From Bacteroidales bacterium (GTDB lineage Bacteria; Bacteroidota; Bacteroidia; Bacteroidales; WCHB1-69), in NCBI GenBank assembly GCA_017551725.1, contig JAFZKY010000037.1, positions 123,595 through 187,594 on the forward strand: DNA of 64,000 nucleotides. Direction: 5' to 3'. Position 1 is the first letter of the stretch; each line of letters starts with the position of its first letter. Position numbers and translations under genes: made by a program. Shown piece after piece: positions 7,861 through 17,002 of this stretch. The notes below the pieces were generated by a model. That model saw only the letters and a program-made list of their open reading frames with translations, was not told where the DNA came from and searched no databases.

Positions 7861-8511
7861 ATGATTATGAAACGATTTTTCTGTTTGCTGATCTTGGTCG
7901 CCATAGTGGCTGGCTCGTATGCCCAGGTGGGCGTATATCGCAGCGCCGGCGCGGGCGCCATCAAAAAGGAAAAGAAGCCGCATTGGACCCAGCCTGTCAA
8001 GACCGGCTGGCAGAACACGCTCCTCCTCAATTATGAATTTACCGTCTGCCCGGGCATCCATTGGAACACCGGCTACCGCGTCAACAAGTGGCTGCTCGTG
8101 GGCGCCGGACTGGGCTACAACTTTGATTTTGTAAGTCCAGGAACTTCGTATGTTAACACACATTGGAGCAACTCCTACAATGGATTCGATGTTTCAAATC
8201 CCATCACACACCGATTCCCTTTGTATGCCCAATTGGGTTTTTACATCATAGGGGAGAGAAAAGTCAATCCGTATATAGGTGTGTCACAGGGTGTGGATCT
8301 CATCTATTACAAACAAAACCCAGCTTCGGACAAGATGTTAGGTCTGGGTTCACACACACGTTTGGATCTGGGGGCTAATTTCCGTCTGCCTAAATCCGGC
8401 CACAGCATATTGGTCACCTTTGACATGGGCATTTCCCCTGTAGGAGATAAATACAAAAAATCTATTACGCATGCATTTTATTCAGGATTAAACATCGGTT
8501 TCACCTTTTAA
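7861..8511 (+). CDS. hypothetical small outer-membrane beta-barrel protein
   Basis: 216 aa with a signal peptide (..IVAGSYAQ). It has alternating aromatic/Gly-rich strands and the C-terminus ..GLNIGFTF (terminal Phe). The gap to the upstream gene is 4 nt. Confidence 0.55.
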   Translation: MIMKRFFCLLILVAIVAGSYAQVGVYRSAGAGAIKKEKKPHWTQPVKTGWQNTLLLNYEFTVCPGIHWNTGYRVNKWLLVGAGLGYNFDFVSPGTSYVNTHWSNSYNGFDVSNPITHRFPLYAQLGFYIIGERKVNPYIGVSQGVDLIYYKQNPASDKMLGLGSHTRLDLGANFRLPKSGHSILVTFDMGISPVGDKYKKSITHAFYSGLNIGFTF

Positions 8512-8522
8512 ACGTCAGAATT

Positions 8523-9959
8523 ATGAAGAAGCTATATATTTTTTTAATGATGCTCGTGGGTGTCATGTTCTTCTCTTCCTGTGTAAAAGAGATAGTGGAC
8601 GACACCAGCATAAAGGTTATCACGGGTGACTTTATATCCAGATCCACAGAAATGACTGAATGCACGGCCACCATAGAGGCCGACAATGGCGATGCCATAT
8701 TGCAGCGCGGCATCTGCTACGGGTCCCGACCTTTGCCGAGTTTAGAACGCGAAAACGGCTATTCGGAAGGTTATTCATACAGCACGAACAATGGAAAAGG
8801 TGCCGGCACATTTACCGCAGTGTTGAAAAACATTCCCGAGTACAGTACAGTACACTACCGCGCATACGCCAAGACAAAAAAAGGGGTGGTATATGGAGAG
8901 GACAAGACATTTGAAATAACGGATAAACCCCGAGGAGTGATTACCGTTTATGCATCGCAATGGAGTCTCCCGGAATCTGTCGGGGTAAATGCCGTCTTGA
9001 GAAACACCAACACGTGGGGAAATGTCTATTACGATTACTGTGGTTTCATCTTCTCTACGGATCCGGATTTCAACTCCTTCGAAAAATTAGAGGCCGGCTG
9101 GTCATACACTCAAGGTACAAACCTGCCATTCAACGGAACACTGACCGGTTTGGATAAAGAACAGACCTATTATGTAAAGGCTTACATCATTTATTCTGGC
9201 ATGACCATGTACAGCGACAACACAGTCACACTGCAATATACAGGTGTTACCTGCCCACCCACTGTGCAGGATCGCGATGGCAACACTTACAGCACCGTGC
9301 AGATTGGCAGCCAATGTTGGATGAAGGAGAACTTGCGTACCACACACTACAGCACGGGGGGAAGTATCACGGATTTGACAAACAACACCTCCTCATGGTC
9401 AAGCACAACAGGGGGGGCGTACTGCTATTACGAAGGCAATGCAAGCAACAGGTCGAATTACGGCCTGTTGTACAACTACAAGGCTGTAGAGACCGGTAGT
9501 CTCTGTCCCGAAGGATGGCATGTACCCACCTCCGATGAGGTATTTACCACATTAAGCAACTCCATTTCCACGACAATAGGCAGCACATCGGTGGGTGGTG
9601 CCATGAAAACCACAGGCACGTCCTACTGGAATTCTCCTAACACAGGTGCCACAAATTCTTCGGGCTTTTCAGCACGTGGAGGCGGCTATCGTAACAATTC
9701 GGGCACCTATTCGGAACTGAAACAGTCGGGAGTGTTCTGGACAAGTTCCAATTACAACGGCACCTATTCATACAACTATATGTTAAGCTACGACCAGGGT
9801 GATTTGTATCATTATGGAACCGCATCCTATGATTATGCCATGCACCGTAATTCCGGCCTTTCCGTACGCTGCCTGAAGAACAACAACAAGAATGATGCCA
9901 ATGAAAAAAGCTATGAACAACCTGCAACAAACAGCGCCGTCAAAGCCGTAGTGGAATAG
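8523..9959 (+). CDS. lipoprotein with C-terminal FISUMP (Fibrobacter succinogenes major paralogous) domain
   Basis: 478 aa with lipobox FFSSC. The C-terminal half carries the FISUMP signature: DRDGNTYSTVQIGSQCWMKENL .. GLLYNYKAV .. CPEGWHVPTSDE .. GFSARGGGYR .. GLSVRCLK. Confidence 0.85.
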   Translation: MKKLYIFLMMLVGVMFFSSCVKEIVDDTSIKVITGDFISRSTEMTECTATIEADNGDAILQRGICYGSRPLPSLERENGYSEGYSYSTNNGKGAGTFTAVLKNIPEYSTVHYRAYAKTKKGVVYGEDKTFEITDKPRGVITVYASQWSLPESVGVNAVLRNTNTWGNVYYDYCGFIFSTDPDFNSFEKLEAGWSYTQGTNLPFNGTLTGLDKEQTYYVKAYIIYSGMTMYSDNTVTLQYTGVTCPPTVQDRDGNTYSTVQIGSQCWMKENLRTTHYSTGGSITDLTNNTSSWSSTTGGAYCYYEGNASNRSNYGLLYNYKAVETGSLCPEGWHVPTSDEVFTTLSNSISTTIGSTSVGGAMKTTGTSYWNSPNTGATNSSGFSARGGGYRNNSGTYSELKQSGVFWTSSNYNGTYSYNYMLSYDQGDLYHYGTASYDYAMHRNSGLSVRCLKNNNKNDANEKSYEQPATNSAVKAVVE

Positions 9960-10042
9960 GAGGTTCCTTCTTTCCCATTGTAATTTGAAACAATTTCGCC
10001 TATAAAAAAGCTGATGCTCGTGGGGCCGGACTGGGCTACAAT

Positions 10043-10080
10043 ATCGGGGATGCGCAGGTGCGTGTCCCCGATGTTGTTTT
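10043..10080 (+). terminator. rho-independent terminator hairpin
   Basis: An 8-bp stem pairs atcgggga (10043-10050) with tccccgat (10065-10072) around a 14-nt loop, followed by gttgtttt. It lies between convergent genes. Confidence 0.55.
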
Positions 10081-11585
10081 CAGTCCTTCCGCAACTGGAT
10101 GCGCATAACCGTGCCGTGGTCAATGACGGATGATTTCACGAACAACCGGCCCTTGTGGTACTCGTTGATGATGCGGCGGGCCAGCGTGAGGCCGAGACCC
10201 CAGCCTCTGCTTTTCGACGTGTAGCCAGGCGAGAAGATGCGCTTCTGCATTTTGACCGGAATGCCCTTGCCCGTGTCGGAAATATCCACATACACCTTGT
10301 TTTTCTCTTCTATAATGTCAATGTTGATGACCCCCTTGCCATCCATGGCATCCACGGAGTTCTTGCACAGGTTTTCCACCACCCATTCAAACAGATAGCG
10401 GTTGAGAGGGATGATGATGGAGGAAGCCTCCGGACGGTTGAAATGGATTTTCACCATAGAAGAAATGCGGCTTTGCAGATATTGGGAGAACTCGTCGATG
10501 ACGACCACCAGGTCGGTGGGCTCCAGCACGGGTGCCGAGCCGATTTTGGAGAAACGCTGCGCGATGGTCTCCAACCGATGCACATCCTTGCCGATTTCGG
10601 TGGGGATGGACTGGTCGATGGGCATCTCCTTCAGCAGTTCGGTCCAGGCCATGAGCGAGGATATGGGCGTGCCCAGCTGGTGGGCGGTCTCCTTGCTCAT
10701 GCCCACCCACACGCGATTCTGCTCCGACCTGCGCTGCGTGCTGAAGAGCAGGTAGGCGATGATAATGAAAACAAGAAGGAAACCGAGCTCAATATAGGGG
10801 AAGATGCGCAATTTGCGCAGCACGGGCGAGTTTTCGTAATAGACAAAACACTTGCCAATGTCAATAAGGTCAAGTTCGATGGGATTGTTTTCGTCGTTCA
10901 TCCGCTTGAGCTCCTGTTGGAGGCTCACGGGGTCTTTCAGCAGGTTGGTGTCCATGTTGCCAGCCGTGATGACATTCTGCCGAGTGCTGTCGGTGATGAT
11001 GACTGGCACAGAGGCCGAATTGATGACCGTCTCTTGAAAGAAAGATTGTATCAGGTTGTCGATGACGCTGTGCAAATCCACATACACGGGATCCTCCTGG
11101 TAGTAAACCTTCACGTAGTGCCGTCCGTAATACGGCAGAATGACGCTGTCATAGTCGGCCAAAGCAGCGCCCAACTCTTCCACATTCTTCATTTCAGCCA
11201 CGGAGTCAGGCACATTGACGGCGGCGGTGATGTTGCCGTTGGGCTCGGCCACGATGAGCGGCACGCTCGTGTTCATGGAGATAATGTCCGTGTAGAAGGT
11301 GATGTCCTCGTCGAAAGAGGCGGAGGTCACCTTGCGGATGGCGCGTGCGAGAATCTTGGCGTTGTTGCTCTCCTCCACACGAATGGAGTTGAAGAAGGCT
11401 TCCGTTTCATTGACAATCTGTGCCTTGTAGGAGATGGCCCCGGCCCAGATCTCCACACGCTGTCTCTCCTCCTGGGCTATGTTTTTGATAAGCTTGTTGG
11501 AGTAAACCATAATCAACACAAAGACAATGGCTGCGGATATGAAGAGCAGCCATTTCCATTGTGACTTTTGAATACCCTTGTTCAT
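10080..11585 (-). CDS. sensor histidine kinase (orphan, no adjacent response regulator)
   Basis: 501 aa with two TM segments flanking a roughly 230-aa periplasmic region. H-box HQLGTPISSLMAWTELL; N-box NLCKNSVDAM; G-boxes DTGKGI and GWGLGL. Confidence 0.85.
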   Translation of the reverse strand: MNKGIQKSQWKWLLFISAAIVFVLIMVYSNKLIKNIAQEERQRVEIWAGAISYKAQIVNETEAFFNSIRVEESNNAKILARAIRKVTSASFDEDITFYTDIISMNTSVPLIVAEPNGNITAAVNVPDSVAEMKNVEELGAALADYDSVILPYYGRHYVKVYYQEDPVYVDLHSVIDNLIQSFFQETVINSASVPVIITDSTRQNVITAGNMDTNLLKDPVSLQQELKRMNDENNPIELDLIDIGKCFVYYENSPVLRKLRIFPYIELGFLLVFIIIAYLLFSTQRRSEQNRVWVGMSKETAHQLGTPISSLMAWTELLKEMPIDQSIPTEIGKDVHRLETIAQRFSKIGSAPVLEPTDLVVVIDEFSQYLQSRISSMVKIHFNRPEASSIIIPLNRYLFEWVVENLCKNSVDAMDGKGVINIDIIEEKNKVYVDISDTGKGIPVKMQKRIFSPGYTSKSRGWGLGLTLARRIINEYHKGRLFVKSSVIDHGTVMRIQLRKD

Positions 11586-11597
11586 GGCAGGGGACGG

Positions 11598-12578
11598 TTA
11601 TTCGGCGGCGGCCAGCAGCTTGTCGATAATCTGCTCGACGGTAATTCCTTCGGCCTCAGCCTTGTAGTTCTTGATGATTCTGTGTCGGAGGATGTTGTAA
11701 GACACGGCACGCACGTCCTCGATATCGGGCGAGTACTTGCCATTGAGCACGGCGTGGGTGCGTGCGCCGATGATGAGGAACTGCGAGGCACGCGGGCCGG
11801 CACCCCACGAGAGGTAGTCGTTGGCCCACGGGTGCGCGCCTGCCGTGCCCGGACGCGTGAGCGTGGCCAGACTGACGGCGTAACGGTAGACGTTCTCCGG
11901 AACGGGCACCTTCATCAGCAACTTCTGGTAGAAGATGATGTCTTCCACCGTCAGCACGCGCTTGGGCTCCTGCATGGCCCCGTGGATGGTGCTCTTCACA
12001 ATCTGCACCTCCTCGTCCTTGGTGGGATAATCCAGCAGGATGTTGAACATGAAACGGTCCTGTTGGGCTTCCGGCAGCGGATAGGTACCCTCCTGCTCGA
12101 TGGGGTTCTGCGTAGCCAATACGAAGAACGGATCAGGCAGCTGGTAGGTGGTGCCGTTCATACTGACGGAACGCTCCTGCATGGCCTCCAAAAGAGCCGA
12201 CTGCGTCTTGGGCGGTGTACGGTTGATCTCGTCCGCCAGCACGATGTTGGCGAAGATGGGGCCCTTGACGAACTTGAAGTTGCGGCTGTCGTCCAGAATC
12301 TCCGCACCCATGATGTCGGACGGCATCAAGTCGGGGGTGAACTGGATACGGTTGTACGACATATCCACCGCCTTGGCGATGGTGGTGATCATAAGGGTTT
12401 TGGCCAGGCCGGGCACACCAATCAGCAGGGCGTGGCTGCGGCTGAACATGGCCATCAGGATATTCTTCACCACTTCGTCCTGCCCGACGATGACCTTGGC
12501 GATTTCCTTTTTCAGTTCGGCGTATTTTTCAACGAAAGCCTCAATAGCTTCCACATCGGATTTAGTGTTCAAGTCCAT
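11598..12578 (-). CDS. MoxR-family AAA+ ATPase
   Basis: 326 aa. Walker A GVPGLAKT, Walker B VLADEINRTPPKTQSALLEAMQE, and MoxR-typical length and C-terminus. Confidence 0.9.
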   Translation of the reverse strand: MDLNTKSDVEAIEAFVEKYAELKKEIAKVIVGQDEVVKNILMAMFSRSHALLIGVPGLAKTLMITTIAKAVDMSYNRIQFTPDLMPSDIMGAEILDDSRNFKFVKGPIFANIVLADEINRTPPKTQSALLEAMQERSVSMNGTTYQLPDPFFVLATQNPIEQEGTYPLPEAQQDRFMFNILLDYPTKDEEVQIVKSTIHGAMQEPKRVLTVEDIIFYQKLLMKVPVPENVYRYAVSLATLTRPGTAGAHPWANDYLSWGAGPRASQFLIIGARTHAVLNGKYSPDIEDVRAVSYNILRHRIIKNYKAEAEGITVEQIIDKLLAAAE

Positions 12579-12606
12579 ATTTTAGTTATTATCTTAAAAA
12601 TCTATT

Positions 12607-12641
12607 CTGTACCCTGTCAACTGTCCCCTGTACCCTATTCC
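12607..12641. repeat. 7-nt-phased tract (CTG-phase on + strand, so CAG-phase relative to the minus-strand gene it follows)
   Basis: ctgtacc ctgtcaa ctgtccc ctgtacc ctattcc, with CTG/CTA at 12607, 12614, 12621, 12628 and 12635. The last unit contains the PPIase stop codon (12635-12637). Confidence 0.75.
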
Positions 12642-13993
12642 GGAATCTGCCATTTGCTAACGAAAGGACAGTCTCTATATTGTTCATTTATTTTAATGCT
12701 GGTCACTTTTACCTTCTCAACCACCCATTTCTGGAGAGCGTCATAGCGTTTCTCTTCCAAGGCGGCATTCTTGATCATGTCGTAGTCCTCCACGATGTTG
12801 GCCTTGTGCTCGCTCACCTTCTCCTTCAGATAGAGGAGCCGGTAGGCCATAACGCCGTCATCGTTGACGAAGGGCACACACTCGGAATATTCGCCGGGGA
12901 TGAGCTTGTTGAGGGCGATATAGGTGGCGTCGTCAAGAGACTGGCGGTCGAATTCGTTGGAGCTGGTATAAGGGTTCACCACAAGGCCGCCGTTGAGACG
13001 CGTGGGGCCTTCGGAAAAGCGCTTGGCCGCCTCTTCGATGGGAAGTTTCTCGTTGAGGATGATGGCGCGCACGCTGTCGAGGTAGGTGATGGCCTTCACC
13101 TGCTCGTCGGTGGAGGGCTTGGGCTGGATGAGGATGTGCGCCACATGGATGGACTCGCCGCGGCGCTCGATCATCTGGATGATATGGTAGCCTGCCTGCG
13201 TCTTGATCACCTGGGATATCTCGCCGGACTTGAGGTTGAAGGCGGCGGCCTCAAATTCCGGATAGAGGGTACCGCGCTCCACGAAGCCGAGGTCGCCGCC
13301 CTTGGAGGCGCTGCCGGGGTCGTCGGAGTAGAGGCGTGCCAGCATGGAGAACTTCTCGCCACGGAGCACGCGCTCGCGGTAGCCGTTCAGCCGGTCCTTC
13401 ACCTCCTGGATCTCCACCTCGCTCACCGGCGGAATCTTGACAATCTCGCCGAAAAAGTAGCTGGTAGGCACCACTGGCATGCTGTCGGGCGACATCTTGC
13501 TGGCGAACTGCTTGACCTCCGACGGGGTGATGGTGATGTTGCCGGTGATCTTGCTCTGCTCCTGCTCAATGAGGGCCTGGTCGTACATCATCTCCCGCAG
13601 GTCTTTCTTGATCTCCGCCATGGATTTGTGGAAATACTCCTCAATGTATTTCTCGTTGCCACCCACCTGCTGGAGGAAATAGGACATGCGCGCGTTGATG
13701 CGGTAGTCCACCTCCTCATCCGAAACCTCGATGCTGTCAAGCCCGGCCTGGTTGACCAGCAACTTGTTGAACATCAAGGTTTCCAGAATAAAACAATGGG
13801 TCTCGAAAGGATCTTCCACCGTCTTGAACTGGGAGGTGTAGTCCAGATAGTTCTTCTCCAAATCCGACTGCAAAATAACCTCCTTACCAATGACGGCCAC
13901 GATACCGTCCACGGGTGTGCCCGCGCTCCGGGGTTGGGCGTTGAGCAGCAGGACGGACCAGACCGTAAGCAGGAGGCAGATGATTCTTTTCAT
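12635..13993 (-). CDS. SurA-like peptidyl-prolyl cis-trans isomerase (parvulin domain)
   Basis: Parvulin signature GGDLGFVERGTLYPEFEAAAFNLKSGEISQVIKTQAGYHIIQMIERRG. I prefer the start at MKRIICLLLTVWSVLLLNAQ (signal peptide, ATG at 13993). In-frame ATGs at 14005 and 14050 are alternatives. Confidence 0.85.
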   Translation of the reverse strand: MKRIICLLLTVWSVLLLNAQPRSAGTPVDGIVAVIGKEVILQSDLEKNYLDYTSQFKTVEDPFETHCFILETLMFNKLLVNQAGLDSIEVSDEEVDYRINARMSYFLQQVGGNEKYIEEYFHKSMAEIKKDLREMMYDQALIEQEQSKITGNITITPSEVKQFASKMSPDSMPVVPTSYFFGEIVKIPPVSEVEIQEVKDRLNGYRERVLRGEKFSMLARLYSDDPGSASKGGDLGFVERGTLYPEFEAAAFNLKSGEISQVIKTQAGYHIIQMIERRGESIHVAHILIQPKPSTDEQVKAITYLDSVRAIILNEKLPIEEAAKRFSEGPTRLNGGLVVNPYTSSNEFDRQSLDDATYIALNKLIPGEYSECVPFVNDDGVMAYRLLYLKEKVSEHKANIVEDYDMIKNAALEEKRYDALQKWVVEKVKVTSIKINEQYRDCPFVSKWQIPE

Positions 13994-14046
13994 TGTTTGT
14001 GACATTTGGAGACCTTTGGTGTTTTGAAAAAACAGGGTGCGAAAAT

Positions 14047-14074
14047 ACAAAAAAAAGAAGACATTTGCCTTCTT
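14047..14074 (-). terminator. weak hairpin plus T-run after rpmH
   Basis: The minus strand reads aagaag-gcaaatgt-cttctt followed by an 8-nt T run. The stem is only 6 bp. Confidence 0.35.
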
Positions 14075-14106
14075 TCTCTTGTTAAAACGCTTATGGGTTC
14101 CAGAAA

Positions 14107-14265
14107 TTATTTTCTACCCAGACTTTCGTCGGAAACTGTCAGTTTCTTTCTGCCTTTTGCACGACGGGCAGCCAGCACGCGGCGGCCGTTTGCCGTGGAC
14201 ATTCTCTCACGGAAACCGTGTTTGTTTCTGCGTCTTGTGTTTGAAGGTTGGAATGTTCTTTTCAT
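14107..14265 (-). CDS. rpmH: 50S ribosomal protein L34
   Basis: Not in the ORF track because it is shorter than 60 aa. Reverse translation gives [52 protein letters not shown], the canonical L34 sequence. Confidence 0.95.
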   Translation of the reverse strand: MKRTFQPSNTRRRNKHGFRERMSTANGRRVLAARRAKGRKKLTVSDESLGRK

Positions 14266-14304
14266 CTCTATTACTATTTATTTTTACTTCTTTTTTAAGG
14301 GCTG

Positions 14305-14312
14305 CAAAAATA
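14305..14312 (-). promoter_or_regulatory. -7 promoter box (TATTTTTG) for rpmH
   Basis: The reverse complement of caaaaata matches TAnnTTTG, 40 nt upstream of the rpmH ATG. Confidence 0.5.
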
Positions 14313-14443
14313 CACTTTTTTTGAAATCAACAAACCTATGGTTCAATATTTTTTTCAACAGCTCAAAAAAGCACTTTTTGAAAGTCGGAGGCAAAGTAAA
14401 TTTTTATTATTATTGCTTCCGTTTTGCAAAACCCGTAAATTAT

Positions 14444-16900
14444 ATGATTATGGATAAAAAATTGTCGGTCGTTTTTGTTTTTATATTTCTGATATTCAGC
14501 AATATAGTTTTTTCCCAAACCGAAAACCCATACGCAGGCTTCGACCCGTCGGCGCTGAAGAAAAATGCGCAATACGCACGCAATTTCGCGCCCAACAACT
14601 ACAAACCCGAGATCGTGTACAACTGTCTGACGGACATGATGGACCTGGCCCGCGCCCAATACCGCTTCCTGACGCCGCTAGGTCACAACATCCAGATGGA
14701 CTCCACGGCGCAGTTCCAGGCCGACTACCAGGCCGTGAAGGACGAGAAGCTGGAGGACAACCTGGCCCCCTACAAGACGCTGCCCTACCGTCTGCGCAAG
14801 TATGGCCTCTCGGGCAACGGCATCGAGCTGGTAGCCAAGACCAAAGCCTACCTCGGCGAAGTGGAATACACCTACTATGACATGTGCCTGTCCGTCATGC
14901 AAGGCTTGCTCAAGAACGTCAAAACCGCAGACATCCTGCTTGACAAGCAGTATTCCCTGGCGGGCATCGGGTTCAACACCGACAAGATGATGAAGAGCAT
15001 GTACTTCTCTATTGTCCTCGGCAACGACCGCACCCTCGGATACAAGACCCCCATCGGGGCACGGGACCTGCCCTACACCAAAGGCATGGCCGGCCTCAAA
15101 GCCTACGACGATAAGGTTTGCAAGAAATGCGCCGCCGAACCGGGCCTGGAAGTCCTTTCCGAGTACATCAGCGTGAACAAGAACGGCGATGTGTATCTGG
15201 TCTGCGACGACTATAAGAACCTCAAACGACTCATCGGGAAAGACGGCGACGGCATCGCGCTTGACTTTGTGCAGCACAGCCAGTACGACTGCGATGACCT
15301 GATCGTGGACTACGACCATGCGCACCGCGGCACTGTCACCAAACCCATCACCTACGAGAAGATTTTCGAAGCCAACGAGAATACCAACCTGAAATCCGGC
15401 AAACTGATGGCCAAGATCGGCTCTGTGCCCGAGAGCATCGAGCTGGACAAGGAGATGGACATCAACATCCTGGTCCTGAAAGAGGGCAACTACGTGTGCC
15501 GCACGGTGCTGGCTAAGCACATCGAGACGAAAAACGCCGACTACACCGAGAAAATCAACTTCATGAAGGACATGACAGGCATCAAGAGCACCGGCGAATG
15601 GGTGCCGTCAGAAGAAGAGGGCGACTTCAGCATCACGTTCCCCTACGTACACAAGAAAACCGACTACACGTGCGCCACGTTCGACTCGCTGCTGACCTTG
15701 GTGGACGTGCCCGAATACAAACTGAACAAAATCGAAATCATCGCCCACAACTCCCCCAACTATTACAAGGATGCCAACTATCAGAAAATACAGCAAAAAC
15801 GTGCCGATTTCCTGAAGAAAAGCATGATGACCAAATATCCCGGCGTGGAAATCACCATCTCCTACGATTACTGCTGGGAACTCTTTAAAAAAAATATTGT
15901 AAACAGCGGCGAGTATTACGACCTCAGCTTCCTGACCTTGGACGAGGCCGCCAAACAGCTGAAATCGGACAGCTACGCCCTGAAGGTGCTCGACAGCGCC
16001 TATCTGGCCCCGTGCCGCTACTACGAAATCAAATACTACGTCACCTACCCTATTGAAACCAAGGAGAAAGAGCAGAAATTCGTCATCTGGAAGTTCAACA
16101 ACGCCATGGCCAACAAAAACAAAGGGCTTGCCATGTCCATCGAGAACTACATGATTGACCAGATGGAGAAGGGCAACTACTCCGCCGACCTCCTTTCGGA
16201 TATGAACATCCCGAACAAGAAGGAGTTCCAGACGCTGTTGAACAACCGCCTCTACATGCAGTACTATGACGAAAACAAGATGACTCCCTCCATCGCTAAG
16301 CAGATGACCACCATCAGCAACCTCAATCCGGGCACTCCCACGATGCTTTTCAACACCACCGTGTGCGACGTGTTCCAAACCCCGATCCGCTCCACCGCCG
16401 ACATCACGAAGATTCAGGCCAACATCGACAAACTCTATGCCACTCCCGGCATCTCCAAGGAGAAGGTCAACAGCCTGAACATGGAATTCCAACTGAAAAT
16501 CATAAACTATCTGGATACGATTCCCGTGACGACCGAGACCTCCGCGCTTTCCGCCGCCACTTTCGCCAAAATCAAGGAGATACGCAATCCCAAGATGGAC
16601 AGCTGGCAGAACGCCTACAAGCTGGCCTCCTATTTTGTGAAGAAACATGATTACAGCTACGCGCTCTCGCTGATGGATCCCTTCCTGGATGAGAAGAACA
16701 TCGCGGAGGATTTCATCTTCTCCTACATCTCGATTGCCGCCCACCGCGAGCAGACCTACCTGAGCCCGCTCTTCTCGAAGGCCGTCAAGATGGCCTCCGA
16801 GCGCGACATCCCGCGCCTGTGCGGCCTGTTTGACAAGCTGCCTATTTGCGTGCTGGAGAACGAAACCGTTCGCGCCATCATCTGCAAATCCTGCAAATAA
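14444..16900 (+). CDS. large secreted hypothetical protein (about 818 aa)
   Basis: The ORF-track start at 14006 overlaps rpmH and its promoter. The plausible start is MIMDKKLSVVFVFIFLIFSNIVFSQ (signal peptide) at 14444 or 14450. A central stretch, IEIIAHNSPNYYKDANYQKIQQKRADFLKKSM, faintly resembles OmpA-C-like motifs. The C-terminus is Cys-rich (CGLFDKLPICVLENETVRAIICKSCK). Confidence 0.6.
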   Translation: MIMDKKLSVVFVFIFLIFSNIVFSQTENPYAGFDPSALKKNAQYARNFAPNNYKPEIVYNCLTDMMDLARAQYRFLTPLGHNIQMDSTAQFQADYQAVKDEKLEDNLAPYKTLPYRLRKYGLSGNGIELVAKTKAYLGEVEYTYYDMCLSVMQGLLKNVKTADILLDKQYSLAGIGFNTDKMMKSMYFSIVLGNDRTLGYKTPIGARDLPYTKGMAGLKAYDDKVCKKCAAEPGLEVLSEYISVNKNGDVYLVCDDYKNLKRLIGKDGDGIALDFVQHSQYDCDDLIVDYDHAHRGTVTKPITYEKIFEANENTNLKSGKLMAKIGSVPESIELDKEMDINILVLKEGNYVCRTVLAKHIETKNADYTEKINFMKDMTGIKSTGEWVPSEEEGDFSITFPYVHKKTDYTCATFDSLLTLVDVPEYKLNKIEIIAHNSPNYYKDANYQKIQQKRADFLKKSMMTKYPGVEITISYDYCWELFKKNIVNSGEYYDLSFLTLDEAAKQLKSDSYALKVLDSAYLAPCRYYEIKYYVTYPIETKEKEQKFVIWKFNNAMANKNKGLAMSIENYMIDQMEKGNYSADLLSDMNIPNKKEFQTLLNNRLYMQYYDENKMTPSIAKQMTTISNLNPGTPTMLFNTTVCDVFQTPIRSTADITKIQANIDKLYATPGISKEKVNSLNMEFQLKIINYLDTIPVTTETSALSAATFAKIKEIRNPKMDSWQNAYKLASYFVKKHDYSYALSLMDPFLDEKNIAEDFIFSYISIAAHREQTYLSPLFSKAVKMASERDIPRLCGLFDKLPICVLENETVRAIICKSCK

Positions 16901-16923
16901 ATATAATATAAGGTATAACTTTT

Positions 16924-16962
16924 TACATCCAACTATCCTGTTCTGCAGAGTAGTTGGATGTA
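16924..16962. terminator. bidirectional terminator hairpin between convergent genes
   Basis: A perfect 12-bp inverted repeat pairs tacatccaacta (16924-16935) with tagttggatgta (16951-16962) around a 15-nt loop, flanked by T/A-rich sequence. Confidence 0.6.
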
Positions 16963-17002
16963 TTAATATTACCTGGAATTAATAAAACCGTAATCCTCCG
17001 AA

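Noticed and set aside
10155-14002. Chain of long + strand ORFs (10155-11564, 11568-12746, 12680-14002) opposite the kinase, MoxR and PPIase genes
   Set aside because: Each is antisense to a gene with unambiguous catalytic motifs (H/N/G boxes, Walker A/B, parvulin). The products are D/G/V/H/L-rich with no recognisable features.
14006-14443. 146-codon N-terminal extension of the 964-aa ORF
   Set aside because: It overlaps rpmH (opposite strand) and the rpmH promoter. A proper signal peptide starts at 14444, so the real gene starts there.
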